Shown here: one piece after another, positions 5,619 to 13,373 of the stretch
How the letters are laid out: every line of letters starts with the position of its first letter
Position numbering within the stretch: position 1 is the stretch's first letter
IMG/VR virus record: IMGVR_UViG_3300028842_000131
Coordinates: 1-50,370 of that record
Source of the DNA: a virus
Strand: one strand, 5' to 3'
Length of the DNA stretch: 50,370 nucleotides
Notes under the pieces: generated by a model
The model's database searches: none
Told to the model about the DNA's origin: nothing
Seen by the model: only the letters and a program-made list of their open reading frames with translations
Translations under genes and position numbers: made by a program

Positions 5619-7141
5619 CCCCCAGCCCCTACCAGCAGGCCATCTACGAGTGGAAGCGCTCCGGCACCGGTCACGGGGTGGTCGAGGCGGTCGCCGGTTC
5701 GGGCAAGACGACCACCCTCGAGGCCGTCTGCCGGCTGATCGGGCCGCGGGAGAAGGGTCTCTTCGTCGCCTTCAACCGCGAGATCGTGGCCGAGCTCGTC
5801 CGCCGGAAGCTCCCCGAGAACGTCAGGGTCTCTACCATCCACTCGTTCGGGTCGTCGGTGATCCGGCGCGCCGTCGGCAACGCTCAGGTCGAGGAGTACA
5901 AGTACTCGAACCTGGTGGACGCCCAGGCGAAGGGTCTCGCGATGGCGGTCTACGGCGACACCACTGCGTCCTCACTTCGTGAGGTTCGTTCGGTTCTCGA
6001 ACAGCTCGTGAAGTTCACGCGGCTTCACCTGGTGGACCCGCGAGACCTCACGGCTCTCGACGAGTGCGCCGACCGGTTCGGCGTCGACGTGGATCCGGCC
6101 CACCTGAAGAGCTACGCGAGGGCACTGGCGGCCGTCCTCGAGGACGGGAAGAAGCTCGCGGCGAAGGGGGTCATCGACTTCGTCGACATGTTGTGGGCGC
6201 CGATCGTCCTGAACCTGCCGGTGCCTCCCCACGACACCGTCCTCGTCGACGAGTGCCAGGACCTCAACCGGGCCTCGCTCGAACTCATCCTCCGGGCAGT
6301 CGGGCCAGCCGGACGGCTCCTGGCGGTGGGCGACTCTCGCCAGGCCATCTACGGCTTCGCTGGCGCCGACACCGAGAGCTTCCACGAGATCAGCCGGCGG
6401 ACGAACGCGACGAAGCTCCCCCTCTACGTCAGCTACCGGTGCCCCAGGAAGGTCGTCGAGCTCGCCTCCAGGTACGCGCCGATCGAGGCCTCGCCGACGG
6501 CCCTCGAGGGCAACGTCGTCCCGGCCAAGTATCACGACGTCTTCGCCGAGGCGCGCCCCGGTGACCTGATCCTGAGCCGCACCAACGCCCTCGGGATCAA
6601 GACCGTCCTCAAGTTCCTCGCCAAGCGGGTGCCCTGCCGGATGCGGGGGCGCGACGTCGCCAAGGGGATCCTGGCCGCGATGGACGCCGCCGATCGCCAC
6701 GCGAAGGGTGACTTCCGGAAGTTCCCCGAGTCGCTCGAGTTCCTTACGTCGAAGCGCTGCGAGAGGCTCTACGCGAAGGAGGGCGGCGAGGCCAAGGCCG
6801 AGGCCGTCCGCGACATCGCCCTGGCGATCGAGGCCTGCCTGGACGGCTTCCCCGACGTCGAGGACTACCAGTCCTTCCGGGCCGCCGTCGACGGCCTCTT
6901 CGCCGACAGCGGCAACGCGATCTGGGTGAGCTCCATCCACCGCGCCAAGGGGCTCGAGGCCGAGCGGGTCTTCATCTTGGCCCACGACCGTCTCCCGATG
7001 AAGTTCAAGAACCAGACCCCCTCCCAGGCTCTCCAGGAGGTCAACCTCCTCTACGTGGCAATCACCAGGTCCCGGTCAACCCTCTATCTCGTCGCCAGCG
7101 AAGAGGCGGCGACCAACGCAAAGGAGCGACAGGCAGCATGA
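5615..7141 (+). CDS. UvrD/PcrA-like superfamily 1 DNA helicase, 508 aa
   Basis: Walker A AVAGSGKTTTL, motif II VLVDECQDLN, motif III AVGDSRQAIYGFAGA, motif V SSIHRAKGLEAERVFI and motif VI LLYVAITRSRSTLYLV. ATGA overlap with the upstream gene. Confidence 0.92.
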   Translation: MTPSPYQQAIYEWKRSGTGHGVVEAVAGSGKTTTLEAVCRLIGPREKGLFVAFNREIVAELVRRKLPENVRVSTIHSFGSSVIRRAVGNAQVEEYKYSNLVDAQAKGLAMAVYGDTTASSLREVRSVLEQLVKFTRLHLVDPRDLTALDECADRFGVDVDPAHLKSYARALAAVLEDGKKLAAKGVIDFVDMLWAPIVLNLPVPPHDTVLVDECQDLNRASLELILRAVGPAGRLLAVGDSRQAIYGFAGADTESFHEISRRTNATKLPLYVSYRCPRKVVELASRYAPIEASPTALEGNVVPAKYHDVFAEARPGDLILSRTNALGIKTVLKFLAKRVPCRMRGRDVAKGILAAMDAADRHAKGDFRKFPESLEFLTSKRCERLYAKEGGEAKAEAVRDIALAIEACLDGFPDVEDYQSFRAAVDGLFADSGNAIWVSSIHRAKGLEAERVFILAHDRLPMKFKNQTPSQALQEVNLLYVAITRSRSTLYLVASEEAATNAKERQAA

Positions 7142-7434
7142 AACTCGACATCAGCGCCCCCTTCGACCTCGCCGAGAACCTCTGGGAGCTCAGGCTCTCG
7201 TGTCAGCACCGCGGGTGCACGTGGGTCCACGTCGACAACAGTGCCGCCGTGGCCATGAACCCGTTCCTGGCTCGCAACAACGCAGTCGATGCCGTCCGGC
7301 TGCACCACGAGAGGGACCACAACGACTCCTGGAGGAAGCTGGCCGAGGACGCCGTGAGGCTCGCGCAGAACTTCGGCGCGGGAACCGCCGCGTTCTACGA
7401 GCGCGCCAAGCGCCTCGGCGAGGTGACACGATGA
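7138..7434 (+). CDS. Hypothetical protein, 98 aa
   Basis: ORF track. ATGA overlap with the helicase stop. Confidence 0.7.
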   Translation: MKLDISAPFDLAENLWELRLSCQHRGCTWVHVDNSAAVAMNPFLARNNAVDAVRLHHERDHNDSWRKLAEDAVRLAQNFGAGTAAFYERAKRLGEVTR

Positions 7435-7622
7435 ACATCAGGTTCGCGGGCAAGGCAATCGCGGGGCTCGTCACGGCGGGCCTCGCCAAGATCATCGGGC
7501 CGGCCAAGGGGGTCGCCCAGTCGTCGGAGGACGTCGAGGCGCTCCAGCGGGCCGAGGCGAGGCGCATCCGTCGTCGGGTCAAGCTCCAGCTCAAGCTCCA
7601 GAGCAACGGGGGGCGGCTGTGA
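7431..7622 (+). CDS. Hypothetical small protein, 63 aa, hydrophobic N-terminus
   Basis: Internal ATG (MNIRFAGKAIAGLVTAGLAKIIG...) of ORF 7200..7622. ATGA overlap with the upstream stop. Confidence 0.55.
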   Translation: MNIRFAGKAIAGLVTAGLAKIIGPAKGVAQSSEDVEALQRAEARRIRRRVKLQLKLQSNGGRL

Positions 7623-8032
7623 GTCTCGAGACCTGGAAGGAGGAGTTCTACCCGGTCCCGGCGGGCGCGGTGTCGCGCGAGGATGCCCTCGACCACTCGA
7701 TCCGCAAGTGGGAGGGGCTCAGGCCCGAGAACCTCAGGCGCCATGGGCTGATGCGGGACGGGCTGATGCGGCGCGCGATCACCGAGAAGAACGGGATCGG
7801 CGGCATGCACATCGACGCCGGGTCCTGCGCTCTCTGCAGACACCACGAGAAGCCCATCGGTCGCTGCTACGACTGCCCGCTCTACCTGGTGCGCGGGAGC
7901 CGGTGCGACACCCCGACGGATACGGAGGCTCTCTCTCCGTACCAGAGCTGGCTGAAGTCCGGCTCGCCGGTCGCGATGCTCGAGCTTCTCGATGCGGCCA
8001 AGGCGGCCAAGCCGAAGGAGGTGAAGTCGTGA
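7619..8032 (+). CDS. Hypothetical Cys-rich protein, 137 aa
   Basis: ORF track. GTGA overlap. Motif CALCRHH...CYDCPLY...C. Confidence 0.7.
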   Translation: MSLETWKEEFYPVPAGAVSREDALDHSIRKWEGLRPENLRRHGLMRDGLMRRAITEKNGIGGMHIDAGSCALCRHHEKPIGRCYDCPLYLVRGSRCDTPTDTEALSPYQSWLKSGSPVAMLELLDAAKAAKPKEVKS

Positions 8033-8346
8033 GGGACTTCATGGGCGCCGAGATCCAGCCGGGCGACTACGTTGCCTACGGGGTGAGGCGCGGCAACACC
8101 GGTGACCTCCGGGTGGGGCTGGTGCTCGAGGTGTTCCCGCCCAATCCCTCCTGGCACCGGGACCAGGGCAAGGTCAAGGTGCGCGGCTGCGAGCCGGGCT
8201 GGCGGCCGGGTGAGCCGTTCAGCTTCTCGAAGGTCTGCGGGTACCTCACCGACGGTGAACGCGTCATCAGACTTCACCCCGCCCAGGTGAGGCGGGAGAT
8301 CATCGACGGGCTCGGCGGGCCCACCAAGAAGGAGACGGAAGCGTGA
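8029..8346 (+). CDS. Hypothetical protein, about 105 aa (alternative ATG at 8041)
   Basis: In the frame of ORF 7708..8346. AAGGAGGTGA RBS 5 nt upstream of the GTG at 8029, which also overlaps the upstream stop (GTGA). Confidence 0.65.
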   Translation: MRDFMGAEIQPGDYVAYGVRRGNTGDLRVGLVLEVFPPNPSWHRDQGKVKVRGCEPGWRPGEPFSFSKVCGYLTDGERVIRLHPAQVRREIIDGLGGPTKKETEA

Positions 8347-8600
8347 ATCGTGATTCGCTCGGAGTCGAGGTCCCTCCGCCGGAGCCCGGCGTCAACGTCA
8401 ACCACTGCGGCGGCTGCGGGGGACGCCTTAGTGCCTTCCAGAAGGAGGCCACCTACTGCACCTGCGGATCCGCCAGTACGCGCGTTCTCCTGGTCACGCT
8501 GAAGGCCATCGCGACGGAGCTCCGCCTCATCCGGGAGCTCGGCGAGCGGCTGGAGGGTGAGGGCCCCGACGACGTCATGGGTTCCGCCGGCTCAAGATAA
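8343..8600 (+). CDS. Hypothetical protein, 85 aa, CxxC...CxC zinc-ribbon-like
   Basis: ORF track. GTGA overlap. Motif HCGGCGG...YCTCG. Confidence 0.6.
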   Translation: MNRDSLGVEVPPPEPGVNVNHCGGCGGRLSAFQKEATYCTCGSASTRVLLVTLKAIATELRLIRELGERLEGEGPDDVMGSAGSR

Positions 8601-8603
8601 TCC

Positions 8604-8632
8604 TTGACACTAGCTCGCTGGCGACCTAACTT
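8604..8632 (+). promoter_or_regulatory. Sigma70-like promoter TTGACA-N17-TAACTT, giving a leaderless or near-leaderless recombinase mRNA
   Basis: TCCTTGACActagctcgctggcgaccTAACTTaacaccATG. Only 6 nt separate the -10 element from the ATG at 8639, and there is no SD. Confidence 0.55.
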
Positions 8633-8638
8633 AACACC

Positions 8639-9256
8639 ATGAAGTGCGCGATCTACACCAGGGTTTCCACCGACGACCAGAACCTGGGGCTCGACGCCCA
8701 GGAGGAGCGCTGCCGCGCGTTCGCGGCGCTCCGCGGCTGGGAGATCTACGGGGTCTACGTGGACCGCGTCAGCGGCACCACCGACCCGGAGGATCGCCCC
8801 CAGGCGTCGGGGATGCTCGAGGACGCGCGCGCTCGGGAGTTCGGCGTCGTCCTCGTCCTGCGGCTCGACCGGGTCGTCAGGAACGCCGAGACGACCCTCC
8901 GGCTGGTCCGCGAACTGGGCGAGGTCGGGGTCGACCTGGTGAGCGCCACCGAGCCCATCGACACGACCTCGCCATTCGGGAAGGCGGCGCTCGGGATGAT
9001 CGCCGTCTTCGCCGAGCTCGAGAGGAATCTTATCGCCGCCAGGACGAAGGAGGCGCTCCGGGCGGCACGCGCCAACGGCACCAAGCTCGGGGCTCCAAAG
9101 TTCGACAACCCCGAAGCCATCGCCCTGGCGAAGGACCTGAGGGCCGCCGGCTGCACCCTCAACACCATCCGCCAGGAGTTCGTCAACCGCGGCATCCCGA
9201 CCGTTCGGGGTGGCGCCTGGACCGAGACGGCGATCAGCCGCCTCATCAAGGAGTAG
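8639..9256 (+). CDS. Small serine recombinase (resolvase/invertase family), 205 aa
   Basis: N-terminal catalytic motif AIYTRVSTDDQ, LVLRLDRVVRN, and a C-terminal HTH (CTLNTIRQEFVNRGIPTVRGGAWTETAISRLIK). Confidence 0.92.
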   Translation: MKCAIYTRVSTDDQNLGLDAQEERCRAFAALRGWEIYGVYVDRVSGTTDPEDRPQASGMLEDARAREFGVVLVLRLDRVVRNAETTLRLVRELGEVGVDLVSATEPIDTTSPFGKAALGMIAVFAELERNLIAARTKEALRAARANGTKLGAPKFDNPEAIALAKDLRAAGCTLNTIRQEFVNRGIPTVRGGAWTETAISRLIKE

Positions 9257-9258
9257 TA

Positions 9259-9684
9259 ATGATCAAGTCCGTCACGTCCGCCAGCGGTAAGGTCTTCGTC
9301 CAGATCCAGTCCGGTGGTGTGCCCAGCAACTTCGTCAACGTCGACACGTTCCTCGGCCTCGCCATCCGGAGCGGCTCGCTCCTCACGGAGATCATCGGGA
9401 CCGGTCACTCCGTGCTGATGACGGAGACGCCCCTCCTCGACATCGTCGCCGCCGCCCCCGGCAGGTTCGTCAAGGTGACGCTCGGCTCGGGTGCGTTCCC
9501 CGAGGAGGGGCAGAAGGTCGTCTACCTGAACCAGGACTCGATCAGCGGCGTCCTCGAGCTGGACGGCCAGACGATCGTCTCCACCGCCGCCATGCCGGCA
9601 CCGATGCCGGTCCTGGAGACGGTCGACGAGGTCATGGCCCAGCTGGCCGGCGGGGCCTCCGCCGCCGTCGCCAAGGCGGCTTAG
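9259..9684 (+). CDS. Hypothetical protein, 141 aa
   Basis: Internal ATG (MIKSVTSASGKVF...) of ORF 8644..9684. AAGGAG RBS 4 nt upstream. Starts 2 nt after the recombinase stop. Confidence 0.65.
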   Translation: MIKSVTSASGKVFVQIQSGGVPSNFVNVDTFLGLAIRSGSLLTEIIGTGHSVLMTETPLLDIVAAAPGRFVKVTLGSGAFPEEGQKVVYLNQDSISGVLELDGQTIVSTAAMPAPMPVLETVDEVMAQLAGGASAAVAKAA

Positions 9685-9709
9685 GGAACCGACCACCCGG
9701 AATGAAAAC

Positions 9710-9737
9710 GGGCCCCCGTGAGGGGGCCCTCTTCGTC
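9710..9737 (+). terminator. Hairpin GGGCCCCC-GTGA-GGGGGCCC followed by TCTTCGTC
   Basis: 8-bp GC stem, 26 nt after the stop at 9684. The U-tract is short. Confidence 0.45.
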
Positions 9738-9746
9738 GGAGGCAAA

Positions 9747-10496
9747 ATGATCAACAGGGACCTGAACCGACTGAACGAGGAGTGGAGTCCGGGACGCAAG
9801 GAGTCGGTCTACCCGCCCTCGCCCGCGGCGGAGCCGGGCGAGGAGTGGACGGTGGTGGGGTGCGACTCGTTCGACGGAACCACCTACGCGGTCGGCCGCT
9901 ACCCGACGTTTGATGGCGCCATGGACGTCGTGCGAGCCAAGACGGCGGAGCACGAGAAGAGCCAGCCGGGCGGAATGCTAGACCGCTTCTCCGCTCACCG
10001 GACGCGCAAGGCGGCCGGTACGGCCAAGGCGCCCGAGCCGGGCGAGATGAGCGACTCGCACGTGGAGTCCAACCTGACGACGCCCAGGGACTGCGAAGTC
10101 CCGTACGAGACGGCGACGCGCATGGTGACCGAACTCTTTCACCATCTCGCCGCGCTCCGGGCCCGCGCCGAACGGGCGGAGAAGCGCGCGGACGAGGCGA
10201 ACGAGGCGTGCCGTGACGAGGCCCGTGAGTCCGCGCGGCTCCGCGCCCGCCTCGCGACCGCCGAGGCCGAGGCGGCGCGGCTGCGGCGAGAGCTGAACGA
10301 AAACGCCGGACTCGCCGAAGGCGCGGTAGTCGAGATCGCCGCCCTCCGCGCCCAAGTCGAACGGCTCGTGGAGGCGGGGGCGAGGCTGGAGTCGATTGTT
10401 AGGGGCTTCCGCGCACGATCCACCGAGTTTGACGACACGGAAGCGCTCGATGTGGCGCTCGCCCGCTGGGCCGCCGCCCGCGAGGTGAAGCCGTGA
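9747..10496 (+). CDS. Hypothetical protein with C-terminal coiled coil, 249 aa
   Basis: ATG with GGAGG RBS. The longer ORF start at 9702 would include the hairpin. Ala/Arg/Glu heptad-like C-terminal half. Confidence 0.7.
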   Translation: MINRDLNRLNEEWSPGRKESVYPPSPAAEPGEEWTVVGCDSFDGTTYAVGRYPTFDGAMDVVRAKTAEHEKSQPGGMLDRFSAHRTRKAAGTAKAPEPGEMSDSHVESNLTTPRDCEVPYETATRMVTELFHHLAALRARAERAEKRADEANEACRDEARESARLRARLATAEAEAARLRRELNENAGLAEGAVVEIAALRAQVERLVEAGARLESIVRGFRARSTEFDDTEALDVALARWAAAREVKP

Positions 10497-10744
10497 GGGT
10501 GCGGATTGAGCTACTCCGCGGCGCTGGCGGCAACGTGTTGAGTCTGGTCGAAGGCAAGAACCAGGGGCACCGCATCGCCGGGCCGAAGGGTAACGGTGCT
10601 TTCGATGTGATACAGGAATTCGTCTGCGACATTCCGAACGACGTGCTGGCGCGCGGAGCCGCCTACCAGGCTGGCCTAGACGCCGAGGCGGAGGCTGCAC
10701 GCGCCGTTCGTCGGTCCGCCCGCGGCGAGAAGGGGGGCGCGTGA
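10493..10744 (+). CDS. Hypothetical protein, 83 aa
   Basis: ORF track. GTGA overlap. Confidence 0.55.
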   Translation: MRVRIELLRGAGGNVLSLVEGKNQGHRIAGPKGNGAFDVIQEFVCDIPNDVLARGAAYQAGLDAEAEAARAVRRSARGEKGGA

Positions 10745-10905
10745 GCAGCCACGCCGCGAAACGCCGCAAGCGCACGAACACGAGGCGCCGCGAGGCCGAC
10801 CTCCGCGCCAACCTGATGCCCGGCGATCTGGAGGCCGGTGTCGAGTGGGTGCCGAAGAAGGAGCCACGAATCCCGCCGCTGGAATCGGGGAAGGGGGGCG
10901 CGTGA
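10741..10905 (+). CDS. Hypothetical basic micro-protein, 54 aa (below cutoff)
   Basis: GTGA overlap at both ends, preceded by GAAGGGGGG. Translation VSSHAAKRRKRTNTRRREADLRANLMPGDLEAGVEWVPKKEPRIPPLESGKGGA. Confidence 0.35.
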   Translation: MSSHAAKRRKRTNTRRREADLRANLMPGDLEAGVEWVPKKEPRIPPLESGKGGA

Positions 10906-11003
10906 GACGCGTCCCGTATTGGCTCGCAGGTTGCTCGACCCTTTTCGCGGCCGTATGTCTCCTGGTGGCGGCTGTGGTCATTGCACTCGGCGGTGCCCGG
11001 TGA
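10902..11003 (+). CDS. Hypothetical membrane micro-protein, 33 aa (below cutoff)
   Basis: GTGA overlaps at both ends. Translation VRRVPYWLAGCSTLFAAVCLLVAAVVIALGGAR, one hydrophobic helix. Confidence 0.35.
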   Translation: MRRVPYWLAGCSTLFAAVCLLVAAVVIALGGAR

Positions 11004-11254
11004 CCGCCGCCGAGCGCGTGCTCGCGGAAACGCGCGTCAGCTTCTGGGACGTGGACAAGTGGATGACGCGACACCCTGCGTACCTGAGCATGCCGCACGA
11101 CGTGGTGGCGCTGGTGCTGGAGGAGCGCGGCATCAACCGCGACAGCGTGCGCGCGATCTATCCGGACCCGATCGCGTCGTCGCTCGACTACATCATCCAG
11201 TACGAGTCAACGCCAGTCGCGGCCCCGCGCCCCGGCGCGGGGGAGGAGAAGTAG
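11000..11254 (+). CDS. Hypothetical protein, 84 aa
   Basis: GTG in the frame of ORF 10838..11254, with GTGA overlap. Protein-like sequence from this point on (ERVLAETRVSFWDVDKWMTRHPAYL...). Confidence 0.55.
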   Translation: MTAAERVLAETRVSFWDVDKWMTRHPAYLSMPHDVVALVLEERGINRDSVRAIYPDPIASSLDYIIQYESTPVAAPRPGAGEEK

Positions 11255-11256
11255 CG

Positions 11257-11544
11257 ATGCGATACGTACCGCCCGACTTCGCGGCACTGACGACGCCGCG
11301 CGATGTGAGCGAGTGGCACGACGATGATGGCGATGTGCTCTGGTGGCTCCTCCTTGACGGGCACACCGTCTCGGAGCCGCCGGAGGTTGGCTCGCCGTTG
11401 GTCGTTGACTGGTACTACGACCAGTATCTCGACGGCGACAATCGCTTCCACAACCCAAAGTATCCGGAGGCGCGGCTCGTCTGGACGCCGCTCCCGCACA
11501 TCGCGCGCTACGACGCCCCCGCCGGGGCCGCGAAGGAGGAGTGA
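11257..11544 (+). CDS. Hypothetical protein, 95 aa
   Basis: ATG (MRYVPPDFAAL...) in the frame of ORF 10981..11544. GGAGGAG RBS. Confidence 0.65.
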   Translation: MRYVPPDFAALTTPRDVSEWHDDDGDVLWWLLLDGHTVSEPPEVGSPLVVDWYYDQYLDGDNRFHNPKYPEARLVWTPLPHIARYDAPAGAAKEE

Positions 11545-11999
11545 TGAAGCACTACACCAGCTTCGAGACCAGCGTGGCACTACGAGCAGCCGGTGCGCCG
11601 CAGGGGGACGAGGAGCAGACAGGGGTCGGCGCTACGTTCTGGCGTGCCTATCGCTCCGGGCACCACGCTTCCCCGGGGAAGCCCCTTCGCTGTTTCGAGG
11701 TGCGCCGTCCGGGGTGGACTTGGTCGCCTGGATCGGTTGACGGCGCGGAGTCCGATGTTGAGGGGATGGCCCGCTCGTGGCGCCTCGACGAGCTTCTGGA
11801 GGCGCTGGCGGCCTTCGCCGTCGTGGCGTTGCGGCGACACCCCGTATACGGGGACGGGGCCGGCTGGTATTGCGAGGCGCGCATGAGTTCCGTCGGCCTG
11901 AGCGTCGCCGACGGAAGCGGACACGGCTCATCGTCCGTCGAGGCGGCGGCGGCCTGCTGGCTCGCGGTGATGCGGGCAAAGGAGTCGCCCCGTGCCTGA
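11541..11999 (+). CDS. Hypothetical protein, 152 aa
   Basis: ORF track. GTGATG at the junction with the upstream stop. Confidence 0.6.
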   Translation: MMKHYTSFETSVALRAAGAPQGDEEQTGVGATFWRAYRSGHHASPGKPLRCFEVRRPGWTWSPGSVDGAESDVEGMARSWRLDELLEALAAFAVVALRRHPVYGDGAGWYCEARMSSVGLSVADGSGHGSSSVEAAAACWLAVMRAKESPRA

Positions 12000-12345
12000 G
12001 CCCGCCAGCGCCGCGCTGAGGCGGCTCCACGAGGAGGCGACGCCGGGACCGTGGCGGCACGAGGACGATACAAACCCGGAGCTGGTGACGGCCGGATGCG
12101 ACGGCGACGGCGCCTATCTCTACGTGATGGACGCCTCGTGGTCCAACCGGGAGCCTGCGGACCTGGCGCTGATCACGACCCTCCGCAACACCGCCGACGC
12201 GCTCGCCGACCTCGTGGAGGCTGTGGAGGCCATGTCCGCCGCACACCGCACCGCCGGAGGCGGTACGTGTCCGTGGATGGCAACGACCGACTGCCGGTTC
12301 TGCCGCGCGCTCGCCGCGCTCGCGGCCCAGCTGAGGGCACGATGA
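11992..12345 (+). CDS. Ead/Ea22-like protein, 117 aa
   Basis: LRRLHEEATPGPW motif, typical of the Ea22-like early proteins of temperate phages. Confidence 0.65.
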   Translation: MPEPASAALRRLHEEATPGPWRHEDDTNPELVTAGCDGDGAYLYVMDASWSNREPADLALITTLRNTADALADLVEAVEAMSAAHRTAGGGTCPWMATTDCRFCRALAALAAQLRAR

Positions 12346-12569
12346 CGCATACCGAACTGACCGACGCCCTCTATGAAGTTGCCCCGCGGCGCGGCGAGGA
12401 CTCCGGTGACGGTGCCTCTCGTCTCCGCGCCTGGCGATCCATCGAGCGCGGCTTCGCGGAGCTGCGAGAGCGCGTCACCCACCTCGAGAAGCAGCGGGAT
12501 GACCTTCAGCGCTGCAACAATACGTATTTGGAGAGGATCCGGACCCTGGAGTTCGGAGGGAGGCCATAG
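12342..12569 (+). CDS. Hypothetical protein, 75 aa
   Basis: ATG in the frame of ORF 12051..12569. ATGA overlap. Confidence 0.6.
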   Translation: MTHTELTDALYEVAPRRGEDSGDGASRLRAWRSIERGFAELRERVTHLEKQRDDLQRCNNTYLERIRTLEFGGRP

Positions 12570-12961
12570 TGGCAAAGGGAAGACCGAGGAAGAGCAACGA
12601 CGAGAAGCGCAGGGGCTTCGTGTTCCGGTTGACCCCGGACGCACTGGAGATCGCCGAGGGCCAGCGGCTGAAGGCTCAGGCGACGGGGGTGCTGCGGTCC
12701 ATTAGCCAGATCGTGGGCCAGGAGGTCCTCGAAATGGCGCTCTACATGCGCCTGGAGGGACGTCCGGTGGAGCCGAAGCAGCGGGCCCACCTGAGCCTCA
12801 GCCCGGCCGAGGCGAGGGCCCTGCAGCAGATCGCCGACAACTGGGGGGTCGACGTGAGCTCGGCCCTGGAGGTCGTCCTGAGGCTGCGGGCGGGGGCCTT
12901 GACGAACGTCTACGAGGGCCCCTATCGTCTCCAGCGGAAGGGCACCAAGGAGGTGGGATGA
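12569..12961 (+). CDS. Putative DNA-binding protein with two ribbon-helix-helix-like repeats, 130 aa
   Basis: ORF track. FVFRLTPDALEIAE and HLSLSPAEARALQQIADNWGVDVSSALEVVL resemble RHH strand-helix units. This is inference only. Confidence 0.6.
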   Translation: MAKGRPRKSNDEKRRGFVFRLTPDALEIAEGQRLKAQATGVLRSISQIVGQEVLEMALYMRLEGRPVEPKQRAHLSLSPAEARALQQIADNWGVDVSSALEVVLRLRAGALTNVYEGPYRLQRKGTKEVG

Positions 12962-13308
12962 TGCTCGCGACGATGTTCCTGCTGGCCCAGCTCGCTGGCG
13001 GTCGACCCGTGGTGGCCACGCCGGGGCTGCCGCCGACCTGCAGCCCGGACCTACCGAGCGGCACGGTGTGCGTGTGGCGCGGCTACCCGGTGCAAGTCCC
13101 GTCGCAACAGCACCCCGACAGGTCGATTCTGGTGTCGGTCCTCTCGACGGAGCCGCCCCCGACGCCGGGCACGAGCGGCAACCTCTTCATCCGGAAGGGG
13201 GCCATCCGCATCGTGCTGGAGTACGCGGAGGCCTGCGCGGACGCCGACACGTACGAGTACAGCCTGGACTTCGGGGCGTCCTGTCCTCTGCCGGGCCCTA
13301 CGGAATGA
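12958..13308 (+). CDS. Hypothetical exported protein, 116 aa
   Basis: ORF track. ATGA overlap. Hydrophobic N-terminus MMLATMFLLAQLAGG. Confidence 0.6.
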   Translation: MMLATMFLLAQLAGGRPVVATPGLPPTCSPDLPSGTVCVWRGYPVQVPSQQHPDRSILVSVLSTEPPPTPGTSGNLFIRKGAIRIVLEYAEACADADTYEYSLDFGASCPLPGPTE

Positions 13309-13346
13309 AAAAACGGGGGAAGGGGCCCGCCAGCCCCCTCCCCCGT
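13308..13346. terminator. Bidirectional intrinsic terminator between the convergent rightward and late operons
   Basis: A6 - ACGGGGGAAGGGGC - loop - GCCCCCTCCCCCGT. On the minus strand the stem is followed by TTTTTT, 28 nt after the J-like gene stop. Confidence 0.8.
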
Positions 13347-13373
13347 TGACCCACCGGAGCCCGTGCCCCGGAA

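Noticed and set aside
5972-6985. 337-aa minus-strand ORF inside the helicase gene
   Set aside because: It is antisense to a gene with a full set of SF1 helicase motifs, and its composition is junk-like.
8560-9760. Invertible segment flanking the serine recombinase
   Set aside because: No inverted repeats were visible by eye between the two flanks, and the enclosed genes are all on one strand. This needs a computational inverted-repeat search before it can be fully excluded.
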